Translations under genes and position numbers: made by a program
Shown here: positions 9,818 to 19,885 of the stretch, piece after piece
How the letters are laid out: each line of letters begins with the position of its first letter
Position numbering within the stretch: position 1 is the stretch's first letter
Notes under the pieces: model-generated
Told to the model about the DNA's origin: nothing
What the model saw: the letters and a program-made list of their open reading frames with translations, nothing else
The model's database searches: none
Assembly: GCA_016735295.1 (NCBI GenBank)
Contig: JAERRU010000015.1
Location: 3,029 to 67,028, forward strand
Reading direction: 5' to 3'
Length of the DNA: 64,000 nt
Origin: SAR324 cluster bacterium
GTDB lineage: Bacteria > SAR324 > XYD2-FULL-50-16 > JAERRU01

Positions 9818-11392
9818 ATGAATTTTTTAACTAAAATAGCATCAAAATTAAAATCATCCGTTGGGGTAGGAATTTTATTTTTAGCTTCAGTATCTTTGTT
9901 AATCTATGTCTCTGTTAGGTTAACTAGCAAACGAATTGGCGGAAATGAAGGGACCTACACAATTTACGCCTCTGTAGTTGATTCAGCCGGTTTAATAGCC
10001 GGAACGTCTATTCGGAGTGCGGGAATTAAAATTGGTGTAATTGAAAGAATAAGCTTAGATAATCAACGAGCAAAAATAGAAATGATTATCATTAATAGCG
10101 TTAAACTCTATAAAAATGCCTCATTAGGCATAAAATCTTTAGGTATTTTGGGTGATAAATATTTAGATATCAACCAAGGCTCTTCTAATTACGAACTTTT
10201 AGTTGATGGTGATGAAATTGTTGTTTTTCGTAAGCTAGGCAACATAGAGCAGATTATGGGAGAAATTAATAATATCTTAAAAGACGTAAGAAGCATTACT
10301 CTGAGCCTAAAAAATACTATTGGCAGTGAAACAGGAGAAAATCACTTAGCTAATATCCTTAAAAATATGGATAGTATTACCTTTTCTTTGCATAATACCC
10401 TAGATAATATAGACAGAAAATCGGCTGGAATTATTAACAATTTACATGATACTTTACTTAATGCCAGTGATTTTAGCCTCGCTTTAAACGAAACTTTAGC
10501 TGAAAATAGGCAAGGTTTAGCTGAAATTACTGCTAATTTAGCCAATATCAGTAAAACTTTAAATAATGATTTACCCGATTTAACGGGTAATTTAAAAGGA
10601 ATTTTGCAAGAAAATCGGCGAAATATTAAAGTGAGTTTAGATAACTTGCAAGAAGCTAGCTGGAAATTATCTGGTAGTTTGGAAAATTTAGAATCAGCTA
10701 CTCGTAAAATAGACGAAGGAGAGGGAACCATAGGCAAGTTAGTGAGTGACGAGCAAATGGGAGATGATGTGAAAGACACTATTAGTGGTTTAAAAAGATT
10801 TTTAGGTGAGGCCAATCGCATTAAATTGGATTTAGGGGTGAGAATGGAATATCAACCAAGTGCTAAAGAAACCAAAGGTTATTTAAGTTTATATTATATT
10901 CCTCGCCGTGAGCATTATTTTATATTTCAGTTAGTCAAAGACCCTCGCCCTGCCATTGAAAGAAAAATTGAAAATGTTTCTGTAACCACTAACTCAAACA
11001 CATCTGTTAAGCGTACTATAACCGATACTTCAGTTAGTAAATATTTAGTTTCTTTACAATTAGCCCAGCGTTATTATGATTCTTTGCTAAGATTCGGTTT
11101 ATTTGAAGATAAGGTGGGGTTAGGTATAGATCAATATTTTGGTGAATTTGATCAATATAAATTAACTTTTGAGGCCTTTGATTTTGAACGAAAAGATGAG
11201 GGTGCCCACCTTAGGTTAATGGCTAATTGGCGATTTTTGGGAAATACCTACTTAGCGGTAGGAATAGATGACCTTTCCAATCAAGAAACTCGCTACCGGC
11301 AAGGGTTTATTGGGATAGGGATAGATTTCAATGAAGACTCTTTAAAATTAATTGGCTCTAGTTTGCCAATTGGTAGTTTAGTGGGTCAATAG
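9818..11392 (+). CDS. mlaD: MlaD/MCE family protein with a long coiled coil and a beta-rich C-terminus
   Basis: N-terminal TM; AGL...AGIKIG and GILGDKYLDI MCE motifs; GEGTIGKLV. Confidence 0.85.
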   Translation: MNFLTKIASKLKSSVGVGILFLASVSLLIYVSVRLTSKRIGGNEGTYTIYASVVDSAGLIAGTSIRSAGIKIGVIERISLDNQRAKIEMIIINSVKLYKNASLGIKSLGILGDKYLDINQGSSNYELLVDGDEIVVFRKLGNIEQIMGEINNILKDVRSITLSLKNTIGSETGENHLANILKNMDSITFSLHNTLDNIDRKSAGIINNLHDTLLNASDFSLALNETLAENRQGLAEITANLANISKTLNNDLPDLTGNLKGILQENRRNIKVSLDNLQEASWKLSGSLENLESATRKIDEGEGTIGKLVSDEQMGDDVKDTISGLKRFLGEANRIKLDLGVRMEYQPSAKETKGYLSLYYIPRREHYFIFQLVKDPRPAIERKIENVSVTTNSNTSVKRTITDTSVSKYLVSLQLAQRYYDSLLRFGLFEDKVGLGIDQYFGEFDQYKLTFEAFDFERKDEGAHLRLMANWRFLGNTYLAVGIDDLSNQETRYRQGFIGIGIDFNEDSLKLIGSSLPIGSLVGQ

Positions 11393-11458
11393 TAGGTGCA
11401 TAATAGTTAAATAATTTGATTAAATTTGATTAAAAACTAATTTTTTAAGGAGTAGGTA

Positions 11459-11629
11459 ATAGATACTTTTTTTTTGATATTGGCTGGTTTATTGATTGCT
11501 GATAGCATGATTGGCGTGATTGGTTTTAATAAATTCAGCCATATTTTATCAAAATTTATAAGTAAATCTAACCTTAAGATATTTTTGGTAATAGAATTTT
11601 TTATCGGTTTGGCTCTGTTAGCGATTTAG
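11459..11629 (+). CDS. Possible small 2-TM membrane protein (56 aa, non-canonical ATA start)
   Basis: Open frame IDTFFLILAGLLIADSMIGVIG...IFLVIEFFIGLALLAI* preceded by AAGGAG; no ATG at the SD-appropriate position. Confidence 0.35.
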   Translation: MDTFFLILAGLLIADSMIGVIGFNKFSHILSKFISKSNLKIFLVIEFFIGLALLAI

Positions 11630-11687
11630 ATAAAGATATTTCGGTAATTTGGCAAGTGATCTATTCAAATAATATATCCATTTAGTT

Positions 11688-12218
11688 ATGATAAGCGAGG
11701 AATCTAGGGTTTATACTAAGCAGGTTATGGGTAAAATTTTAGCCCCTTTGGAATTTTGTAAATTGGGAAAAAAGCTTGCTTTACAAGGCTCTAAGCTAGT
11801 TTTTACTAATGGTTGTTTTGATATATTGCACGCGGGGCATGCCCAGTATTTATCACAAGCTAGGTATTTAGGGGATTATTTATTTTTGGCAATCAACAGC
11901 GATGAATCGGTAAGGGGGCTCAAAGGAGATAAAAGACCGATTAACAAACTTGATGATCGGATGTTGATATTGGCATATCTATCTTTTGTGGATTATATCA
12001 CTTATTTTAATGAAGACACCCCGATTAAGTTGATTAGTGATTTGCTACCTAGCGTGCTAGTTAAAGGAGGAGATTGGCTTATTCATGATATTGTGGGCCA
12101 TGACGTGGTTAAAAATAATGGTGGGCAGGTCTTTTCGTTACCTTTTATGGAAGGAAAAAGCACATCTAATGTAATTGATAATATATTGATTCGTCATGGG
12201 AAAGGAGAAAAAAGTTGA
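11688..12218 (+). CDS. rfaE2: D-glycero-beta-D-manno-heptose 1-phosphate adenylyltransferase (stand-alone HldE domain II)
   Basis: FTNGCFDILHAGH, NSDESVRGLKG..RP, LVKGGDW and GKSTS motifs. Confidence 0.92.
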   Translation: MISEESRVYTKQVMGKILAPLEFCKLGKKLALQGSKLVFTNGCFDILHAGHAQYLSQARYLGDYLFLAINSDESVRGLKGDKRPINKLDDRMLILAYLSFVDYITYFNEDTPIKLISDLLPSVLVKGGDWLIHDIVGHDVVKNNGGQVFSLPFMEGKSTSNVIDNILIRHGKGEKS

Positions 12219-12414
12219 TTGTTTCAAGTGTCAACATTTTATCATCACGTGGGATAAGAAGGCTCCTTATGGTTGTCGAATATTTAACTTTAAAACAAGC
12301 AAGCTACCTTCAATCATAGTTAAGAAAAATTCTAATCAGGATTGTCAATTTTTCAAAGTTAAGCAAAAAAAGCTGGGGGGTGGTGATAAAATAAAAGGTG
12401 ATTCTGATAATTAA
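12196..12414 (+). CDS. Small four-cysteine putative metal-binding protein
   Basis: CFKC...TWD...PYGC...C pattern; overlaps the end of rfaE2. Confidence 0.65.
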   Translation: MGKEKKVDCFKCQHFIITWDKKAPYGCRIFNFKTSKLPSIIVKKNSNQDCQFFKVKQKKLGGGDKIKGDSDN

Positions 12415-12433
12415 TACTATTTTATCATTTTAG

Positions 12434-13325
12434 AAAATATAAATTTAGATGACCCAGCTTGAACATACCAAAATTACCAAGCACCGGATATTATGTAAAG
12501 CGTTATGTCTGTGTGAAAAATATAAATTTAGATGCCCCAGCTTGAATATACCAAAATTATCAAGCACCGGATATTATGTGAGCCGTTATGGTCTGTGTGA
12601 AAAAATTTGAATTTAGATGACCCAGCTTGAATATACCCAAATTACCAAGCACCGGATATTATGTGCGCCGTTATGTCTGTGTATAAAATTTGAATTTAGA
12701 TGACCCAGCTTGAACATACCAAAATTATCAAGCACCGGATATTATGTGAACCGTTATGGTCTGTGTATAAAATTTGAATTTAGATGACCCAGCTTGAATA
12801 TACCAAAATTACCAAATGCCAGATATTATGTGAGGCGTTATGTCTGTGTATAAAATTTGAATTTAGATGACCCAGCTTGAATATACCAAAATTATCAAGC
12901 ACCGGATATTATGTGAGGCGTTATGTCTGTGTATAAAATTTGAATTTAGATGACCCAGCTTGAATATACCAAAATTACCAAATGCCGGATATTATGTGAG
13001 GCGTTATGTCTGTGTGAAAAATATAAATTTAGATGACCCAGCCTGAATATACCAAAATTACCAAGCACCGGATATTATGTGAGCCGTTATGTCTGTGTGA
13101 AAAATATAAATTTAGATGACCCAGCCTGAATATACCAAAATTACCAAGCACCGGATATTATGTGAGGCGTTATGTCTGTGTGAAAAATATAAATTTAGAT
13201 GACCCAGCTTGAATATACCAAAATTACCAAGCACCGGATATTATGTAAAGCGTTATGTCTATGTATAAAATATAAATTTAGATGACCCAGCTTGAACATA
13301 CCAAAATTACCAAATACCTGATTTA
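12434..13325. repeat. Tandem array of 83-bp units (83-85 bp), about 10.5 copies
   Basis: ATTTAGATG anchors at 12443, 12526, 12611, 12694, 12778, 12861, 12944, 13027, 13110, 13193 and 13276; the last copy runs into the stop codon of the 13307-13954 gene. Confidence 0.98.
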
Positions 13326-13954
13326 TTTTTTCTAGCGATATCTTCAGCTTTAATAAATTCAGGAATAATATCTCTTTGTTTTTTGGGGAGAATATAGGGG
13401 GATAACCCATTTTTGATTATCCAATAATTCAAAGATTTACTCAAATCTTTCACATCGGCGTTTGGTAAAAATAATACTCCGCTTAGTACTCGCCCAGCAG
13501 CTTTCATTTCAAAGATAAGGGATAATTCTTTATTTTTAGTTATTTTATTGATGATATGGGCGATTTTAGCATTTTTTTGTTTATTTAATTTTTTCGATTT
13601 GGTGGCCAAAGGATTAAAAGATATTCCTTCTAGGGAGATGGCTATCCAAGAATTTTTTTCATTTTTAAAATTAATATCAACATCTTGGCTTAACAGAGTA
13701 TAAACGTTTCTATCTTCTATCAGCATCCAAATAAGATTACCGGAAAGTTTAATAATTTGGGCATCAATTAACTGTTTTTTCCCCGGAAAAGGCCTAACTA
13801 GCCCTTTAACGCTTTTGGCATTACGATTAACTTTTGTGTAGCGATAAACTTGAATTTTTTCATCATAATATCCGCCATATTCATCAAGTTTTTCATCTTC
13901 ACAGCTAGGCAGTATTAACGCTGAGGCCAAGAGCATAAAGGCAAGTAATTTCAT
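13307..13954 (-). CDS. Lipoprotein with a degenerate thermonuclease (SNase-like) domain
   Basis: Signal peptide ending ILPSC; C-terminus GRVL...LNYWIIKNGLS...EFIKAEDIARKNKSGIW matches the SNase-family tail; DGDT and RLxGIDxPE are replaced by SGNL and SLEGISFNP. Confidence 0.7.
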   Translation of the reverse strand: MKLLAFMLLASALILPSCEDEKLDEYGGYYDEKIQVYRYTKVNRNAKSVKGLVRPFPGKKQLIDAQIIKLSGNLIWMLIEDRNVYTLLSQDVDINFKNEKNSWIAISLEGISFNPLATKSKKLNKQKNAKIAHIINKITKNKELSLIFEMKAAGRVLSGVLFLPNADVKDLSKSLNYWIIKNGLSPYILPKKQRDIIPEFIKAEDIARKNKSGIW

Positions 13955-14193
13955 TATTTTACTATTATATGGATTAGTTTGTTTTAAAGTAAATTTTTAA
14001 TTTATCTAACTAGTTATATTGTTATCTATTAGCGTTATCAGTAGTTAAACGATGATTAATTTTAAGATAGGTTTGTGGCCTGCTAATTTAAAATATGATA
14101 AATAGGTTTGCAAAAATTATGCATGTGTACTAGTTTAGTAAGTAAACTATTAATTAAAGTGCTGTTAATAAAGTTAAAGATAAAGTATCTGGC

Positions 14194-15588
14194 ATGAAGA
14201 ACATAAAAACTAACACTCTAATAATAGGCGGCGGGCCGGCTGGTTACCCAGCTGCTATCAGGCTAGGCCAGCTTAAAGTGCCCACTATATTAGTCGAAAA
14301 ATCATCTCTCGGGGGCACATGCCTTAATGTGGGATGTATTCCCTCAAAAGCGTTGATCGGAATAGCCGCTAAATATAATTTTTTATCAACAGAAGCAAAA
14401 AAGGTGGGGATAAGTGCAGAAAAACCAAAAATAAATTGGTCTGACACCATAACCTGGAAAGATAAGCTAGTAAACAAATTAACTAGCGGTGTTAAAACTC
14501 TGCTTAAGGCTAATAATGTAACTCAAATTAATGGTCATTGCAAAATTTTAACAAAAAACCTATGCCAAGTTGATGATGGGCAAAAGATAGAATTTGAAAA
14601 TTTGATTATCGCTACTGGCTCAAAAACTATTGAGTTACCTGGTTTTGAATTTAATTCATCAGAAGTATTAAATTCTACTGATTTATTGAGTTTAAAAAAA
14701 TTACCTAAATCTATGATCATCATGGGTGGTGGGATAATAGGCATGGAGATAGGCACTATTTACGCTAGTTTGGGCTGCCAAGTTACTATTGTGGAAATGC
14801 AAGAACGCATTTTAGGTATGTATGATGAAGATGCGGTGAAAATAGTGCAAAAATCATTTGAATCCTTAGGAGGAGCAGTGCTAACAGACACTAAAGCCCT
14901 TAGCTGGCGAAAAGTGGGTAAAGGTATAGAATTAAAAGTTAATACTAAAGGTGAAAAGGATGCGCTAAAAGCAGATAAATTAGCGGTGATGGTGGGTCGA
15001 GAGGCTAATTTTGATGGATTAAACCTATCAGTATTGCCTATTGAGCTAGCTCATAACCGGGTAGTTGTTAATGATCAAATGCAAACATCTTTACCTAACA
15101 TTTACGCAGTAGGAGATATAGTTACTGGCCCAATGCTAGCACATAAAGCTACTTTAGAAGGGGTGTTAGCCGCTGAAGTTATTGGGGGGCACAAGGTTTC
15201 TAGAGCAGATGTTAAAGTAATACCTGATGTGGTTTATACCAAGCCTGAAATAGCGAAAGTTGGCTATAGCGAGTCTCAAGCAAGAGATAAGGGAATTGAG
15301 GTAACGATAGGTAAATTTCCTTTAGCCGCTCTAGGCATTGCAGCTAGTGCTTTGGAGGATAAGGGATATGTTAAATATATAGCAGAAAAAAGCACAAATC
15401 GCATTGTGGGGGCAACAATTGTTTCATACCGAGCAGCGGATATGATTAGCGAGGCAACTTTGGCCATAGAAATGGGAGCACATCTTGAAGATATTGCCCT
15501 TAGCGTTCATCCTCATCCATCTTTTGGGGAGGCTCATATGGAGGCGGCTTTAGCTGGTTTAAAGCAAGCGATACACATTGTTAACTAA
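14194..15588 (+). CDS. lpdA: Dihydrolipoamide dehydrogenase (E3)
   Basis: GGGPAG, GGTCLNVGCIPSKAL, MLAHKA and HPHPSFGE motifs. Confidence 0.96.
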   Translation: MKNIKTNTLIIGGGPAGYPAAIRLGQLKVPTILVEKSSLGGTCLNVGCIPSKALIGIAAKYNFLSTEAKKVGISAEKPKINWSDTITWKDKLVNKLTSGVKTLLKANNVTQINGHCKILTKNLCQVDDGQKIEFENLIIATGSKTIELPGFEFNSSEVLNSTDLLSLKKLPKSMIIMGGGIIGMEIGTIYASLGCQVTIVEMQERILGMYDEDAVKIVQKSFESLGGAVLTDTKALSWRKVGKGIELKVNTKGEKDALKADKLAVMVGREANFDGLNLSVLPIELAHNRVVVNDQMQTSLPNIYAVGDIVTGPMLAHKATLEGVLAAEVIGGHKVSRADVKVIPDVVYTKPEIAKVGYSESQARDKGIEVTIGKFPLAALGIAASALEDKGYVKYIAEKSTNRIVGATIVSYRAADMISEATLAIEMGAHLEDIALSVHPHPSFGEAHMEAALAGLKQAIHIVN

Positions 15589-15657
15589 TAAAAATTTTAG
15601 TAATTTATTTATAATATAAATTATAAAATATAAATTATAAAGGAGGCTTAACTTAAG

Positions 15658-18381
15658 ATGAATAGACAAATATCAAGTAGTAAAAATAATAAAGATAATA
15701 AAGATAATAACGATGATAATGGCAAAAATAACCTAGATCCTGCCAAAACTGCCAAGGAACAAGAAATTCAAGAATGGTTGGATTCTTTGTTATATGTCAT
15801 TAAAAATGAAGATGAAAAGCATGTTTTAGATATATTAAGATCTTTGCAAATGGCAGCTTTTGGCCAGGGGCTAAGGCTTCCTTTTACGCGTACTACTCCT
15901 TATATAAACAGCATTCCTGTGGAAAAACAGCCAATTTTTCCTGGTAACCACGCTTTAGAAAGGAAGATACGGGGCTATATCAGGTGGAATGCACTAGCGT
16001 TAGTATCTTGTGCTAACCAAAAATCTTCTGAATTAGGGGGCCATATATCAACATTCGCCTCATCGGCAACTCTTTACGAAACGGGGTTTAATCATTTTTT
16101 TAAAGCTGCTAGTAAGGATTATGGCGGTGATTTGATTTATATACAAGGCCACGCTTCACCAGGAATATATGCTAGGGCATTTTTGGAGGGCAGGTTGAGT
16201 TTATCACAAATGGAGAATTTTCGGCAAGAATTGGCCAAAGGAGGGGGATTGCCATCATATCCACATCCTCGATTATTGCCATCATTTTGGCAATTTCCTA
16301 CAGTCTCAATGGGTTTAAGCCCGATAATGGCGATTTATCAGGCTAAATTTTCTAAATATTTAGAAAATCGTTCATTAAAACCAGCTAATGGGGGCAAGGT
16401 GTGGGCCTTTTTGGGAGATGGAGAAACTGATGAGCCAGAGACTTTAGGGGCGATTGATTTGGCGGCGAGAGAAAAATTAGATAATTTAGTGTTTGTGATA
16501 AACTGCAATTTACAAAGATTAGATGGCCCTGTAAGGGGTAATGGCAAGATTATTCAAGAATTAGAGGGAATGTTTCGCGGGGCTGGTTGGAATGTAATTA
16601 AGATCATATGGGGCAATCGGTGGGATCATTTAATTAATAATGATACTACTGGTCTTTTACAAAAACGAATGTTGGAGGTAGTTGATGGCGATTATCAAAA
16701 ATATTCGGCTTCTTCTGGAGCCTATGTGCGAAAGCATTTTTTTGGTAAATACCCAGAATTATTATCGTTAGTTAAAACTATGAGCGATGATGAGCTGGCT
16801 AACTTAAATCGAGGGGGGCATGATTCTATTAAAGTTTATTCAGCTTTTAAATCGGCGGCAGATAACACAGAAGCGCCCACGGTTATTTTAGCTAAAACTA
16901 TTAAAGGTTATGGCATGGGCGGGGGAGTGCAGGCAAGAAACATCACTCATCAACAAAAATCATTACCTAAAAAAGATTTACTTAAATTTAGAACTAACTT
17001 TAGCCTGCCTTTATCGGATAAAGAAGCGGCAAACATTTCATTTGTTAAACCGGCTAAAGATAGTGTAGAAATTAAATATTTACAACAAAAGAGAGCCAGC
17101 TTAAATGGTTTTTTACCGGCTAGAAAAGAAGTATTTTCTTCTTTAAAATTTTCCAATGAAATTTATCAAGAATTTGCTGAAGGCAGCAATGGCAGGGAAG
17201 TATCTACTACTATGTCTTTTGTCAGGCTGTTAACGAAAATGCTAAGAGATGAAAAACAAGGTAAGTATGTAGTGCCTATCGTACCAGATGAAGCTAGAAC
17301 TTTTGGTATGGAAGGCTTGTTTAGCCAAGTGGGTATTTATTCTAGTTTGGGGCAAACGTATGAACCTGTGGATAAAGATTCTTTGCTTTATTATAATGAA
17401 AAGGTTGATGGACAGCTTTTAGAAGAAGGGATTACTGAAGCGGGGGCAATGAGCTCTTTTATTGCGGCGGGCACGGCATATGCCAATTATTCCATACCTA
17501 TGTTGCCTTTCTTTATATACTATTCAATATTTGGCTTTCAACGCATTGGTGATTTAGCGTGGGCTGCTGGTGACATTATGGCTAAAGGATTTATGATTGG
17601 GGCCACTGCTGGGCGTACTACTTTAGCGGGGGAAGGCTTGCAACATCAAGATGGCCATAGTCTGGTATTGGCTAGCACTATTCCTTGTCTTAAATGTTAT
17701 GATCCGGCGTTTGCTTATGAATTAGCGGTTATCATTAAAGATGGCATCAAGCAGATGTATCAAGATAAAAAGCATATTTATTATTATATCACTGTTTATA
17801 ATGAAAATTATTCAATGCCTGAAATGCCTAAGGGAATTGAAGATCAAATTTTAAAGGGAATATATAAATTTAAATCATCAAATAAAAAAGGTCCCAAAGC
17901 TCATCTTTGGGGGAGCGGGGCTATTTTGAATGAAGCGTTAAAAGCCGCTGATATTTTAACTACTTATGGAATAAATTCCGATGTATGGAGTGTTACTAGT
18001 TATGTAGAATTAAGAAAAGAGGCCTTAGCTTGTGAAAGGCATAATCTTTTTCATCCTACCAAGCTTAAAAAGCCTTATATTACTAAAATATTTGCCAATG
18101 AAAAAGATATAGTAGTAGCCACTTCTGATTATATGAAAGTTTTGCCTGATTCTTTGATGAAGTGGGTGCCACTGCCTAACGTTTCTTTGGGAACTGATGG
18201 ATTTGGCCGCTCAGAGACTAGGATGAAACTAAGGGATTATTTTGAAATAGATGCCAAGCACATAGCATGGGCAGCAGCTAGCAAGCTTCATAACATCGGC
18301 AAGCTAGATGCTAATAAACTAGACAAGATTAAACGGGAGTTGAAAATAACTTTTAATAAAATTTCTCCAGTTGACATATAG
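15658..18381 (+). CDS. aceE: Pyruvate dehydrogenase E1, homodimeric AceE type
   Basis: QGHASPGIYARAFLEGRL, FPTVSMGL, GDGETDEPE and GEGLQHQDG motifs; SD AGGAGG at 15641-15646. Confidence 0.97.
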   Translation: MNRQISSSKNNKDNKDNNDDNGKNNLDPAKTAKEQEIQEWLDSLLYVIKNEDEKHVLDILRSLQMAAFGQGLRLPFTRTTPYINSIPVEKQPIFPGNHALERKIRGYIRWNALALVSCANQKSSELGGHISTFASSATLYETGFNHFFKAASKDYGGDLIYIQGHASPGIYARAFLEGRLSLSQMENFRQELAKGGGLPSYPHPRLLPSFWQFPTVSMGLSPIMAIYQAKFSKYLENRSLKPANGGKVWAFLGDGETDEPETLGAIDLAAREKLDNLVFVINCNLQRLDGPVRGNGKIIQELEGMFRGAGWNVIKIIWGNRWDHLINNDTTGLLQKRMLEVVDGDYQKYSASSGAYVRKHFFGKYPELLSLVKTMSDDELANLNRGGHDSIKVYSAFKSAADNTEAPTVILAKTIKGYGMGGGVQARNITHQQKSLPKKDLLKFRTNFSLPLSDKEAANISFVKPAKDSVEIKYLQQKRASLNGFLPARKEVFSSLKFSNEIYQEFAEGSNGREVSTTMSFVRLLTKMLRDEKQGKYVVPIVPDEARTFGMEGLFSQVGIYSSLGQTYEPVDKDSLLYYNEKVDGQLLEEGITEAGAMSSFIAAGTAYANYSIPMLPFFIYYSIFGFQRIGDLAWAAGDIMAKGFMIGATAGRTTLAGEGLQHQDGHSLVLASTIPCLKCYDPAFAYELAVIIKDGIKQMYQDKKHIYYYITVYNENYSMPEMPKGIEDQILKGIYKFKSSNKKGPKAHLWGSGAILNEALKAADILTTYGINSDVWSVTSYVELRKEALACERHNLFHPTKLKKPYITKIFANEKDIVVATSDYMKVLPDSLMKWVPLPNVSLGTDGFGRSETRMKLRDYFEIDAKHIAWAAASKLHNIGKLDANKLDKIKRELKITFNKISPVDI

Positions 18382-18457
18382 TTTAATTGGTGCTCTAATA
18401 TAAGGAAAGTTTTTGGTTACATATTAATAAAACATTGATCTAGATAAAAATATTATT

Positions 18458-18559
18458 ATGTCTTTTAGCCCTCACGAAGTTTCAATTTTAGCAACCGTTA
18501 TTGGTATCGCTACTGCTTATGTTATCGTTTTTCTGGTATATGAAAAAACCATTAAATAA
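18458..18559 (+). CDS. Putative 33-aa single-TM small protein
   Basis: MSFSPHEVSILATVIGIATAYVIVFLVYEKTIK*, co-oriented and ending 21 bp before the aminotransferase start. Confidence 0.45.
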   Translation: MSFSPHEVSILATVIGIATAYVIVFLVYEKTIK

Positions 18560-18580
18560 ACAACTTAGCCCATTAATAGC

Positions 18581-19885
18581 ATGCATCACATTGCCACTGC
18601 GCTTAATAAACAGCTAGAAGTTGACTATCCTCACATTTGGCGAGTTTTAAGCGATTTAGGAAAAAGAATTTATTTCCCTAAAGGAATATTAGCTCAATCG
18701 CAAGAAGCTGCTTTGAAAGCTACATTATTTAACGCCACTATTGGTATATCCACTGAACATAAAAAGCCAATGCATCTACCGCAGGTGCAAGGCATGTTTA
18801 ATGATTTACCACCTAGCAATATCTATGGCTACGCCCCTGCTGGTGGAAGAAAGAATTTACGTAACCTCTGGTGGGAAAAAATTAAAAAAACTAGCCCCAT
18901 GCTTTCTGATGTTCATTGTAGCTTGCCTATTGCTACTTCTGGCATCACCCATGCAATTGCTTTAGCTGCCCAGATGTTTGTTAAACCTGGTGATAAGGTG
19001 GTTATTCCTGAGCAAAATTGGGAAAATTATCACCTCATTTTTGAAGTTGAAAGAGAGGCTACTATTGCTAGCTATCCTTTATTTAACAAGCGAAATCGAT
19101 TTAATGTGGAGGGCTTGAAAAGAACCCTATTAGAAGTATTGAAAACTCAAGATCAGGCAGTAGTAGTGCTTAATTTCCCTAATAACCCTACTGGATACTC
19201 TTTAACTGATAAAGAACAAGATGAAATTGTTCATTTATTAACATCAATCGCTAGTCCTGGTAAATTTTTGATGGTTTTGTGCGATGATGCCTATTTTGGT
19301 CTATTTTTCGAAAACGATTTAGCTAAACAAAGTTTATTTGCTAAATTAGCCAATGTAAATCAGCATCTATTGGCGATTAAACTTGATGGGCCAACAAAAG
19401 AATTTTTCATGTGGGGCTTTAGATTAGGATTCATCACCTTTGGTTATAATAACGCTCAAAAAGGCCTTTATGATATACTTGAACAAAAAATAACTGGTTT
19501 AATTAGAGCAAAACTTTCTAATTGTTCGCACCCGGCACAATCTATTTTAGAAAAAATATTAACTGACAGTCTTCACCAAGAAGAGGCTCATAGGTTATTT
19601 TTACTTTTACAAGAGAGGGCGTTAAAGGTAAAAAAATTATTATCGACTGGGCGTTATGCGAAGTATTTTGATTTTTATCCTTTCAATGCGGGTTACTTTA
19701 TGTGTATCATCTTAAAGGATATTCCCGCAGAAAAACTTAGATTAAAATTACTTGATGATTATCAAATAGGCACTATTTCATTTGGTAAATATGATCTAAG
19801 AATTGCTTTTAGCTCGTTAGATCTAGATGATATAGATGAGCTATTTGAAAAGATTAATTTAGCTTGCGAAGAGTTGCATTCTTGA
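18581..19885 (+). CDS. PLP-dependent aminotransferase class I/II
   Basis: NFPNNPTGY, DDAYFGL and DGPTKEFFMWGFRLG (PLP lysine) motifs. Confidence 0.9.
   Translation: MHHIATALNKQLEVDYPHIWRVLSDLGKRIYFPKGILAQSQEAALKATLFNATIGISTEHKKPMHLPQVQGMFNDLPPSNIYGYAPAGGRKNLRNLWWEKIKKTSPMLSDVHCSLPIATSGITHAIALAAQMFVKPGDKVVIPEQNWENYHLIFEVEREATIASYPLFNKRNRFNVEGLKRTLLEVLKTQDQAVVVLNFPNNPTGYSLTDKEQDEIVHLLTSIASPGKFLMVLCDDAYFGLFFENDLAKQSLFAKLANVNQHLLAIKLDGPTKEFFMWGFRLGFITFGYNNAQKGLYDILEQKITGLIRAKLSNCSHPAQSILEKILTDSLHQEEAHRLFLLLQERALKVKKLLSTGRYAKYFDFYPFNAGYFMCIILKDIPAEKLRLKLLDDYQIGTISFGKYDLRIAFSSLDLDDIDELFEKINLACEELHS

Noticed and set aside
12434..13325. CRISPR array
   Set aside because: The entire 83-bp unit is repeated with no unique spacers, there are no cas genes, and the unit derives from the neighbouring gene end
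13195..13410. 71-aa minus-strand ORF
   Set aside because: It overlaps the SNase-like gene out of frame and runs into the repeat array; likely a chance ORF
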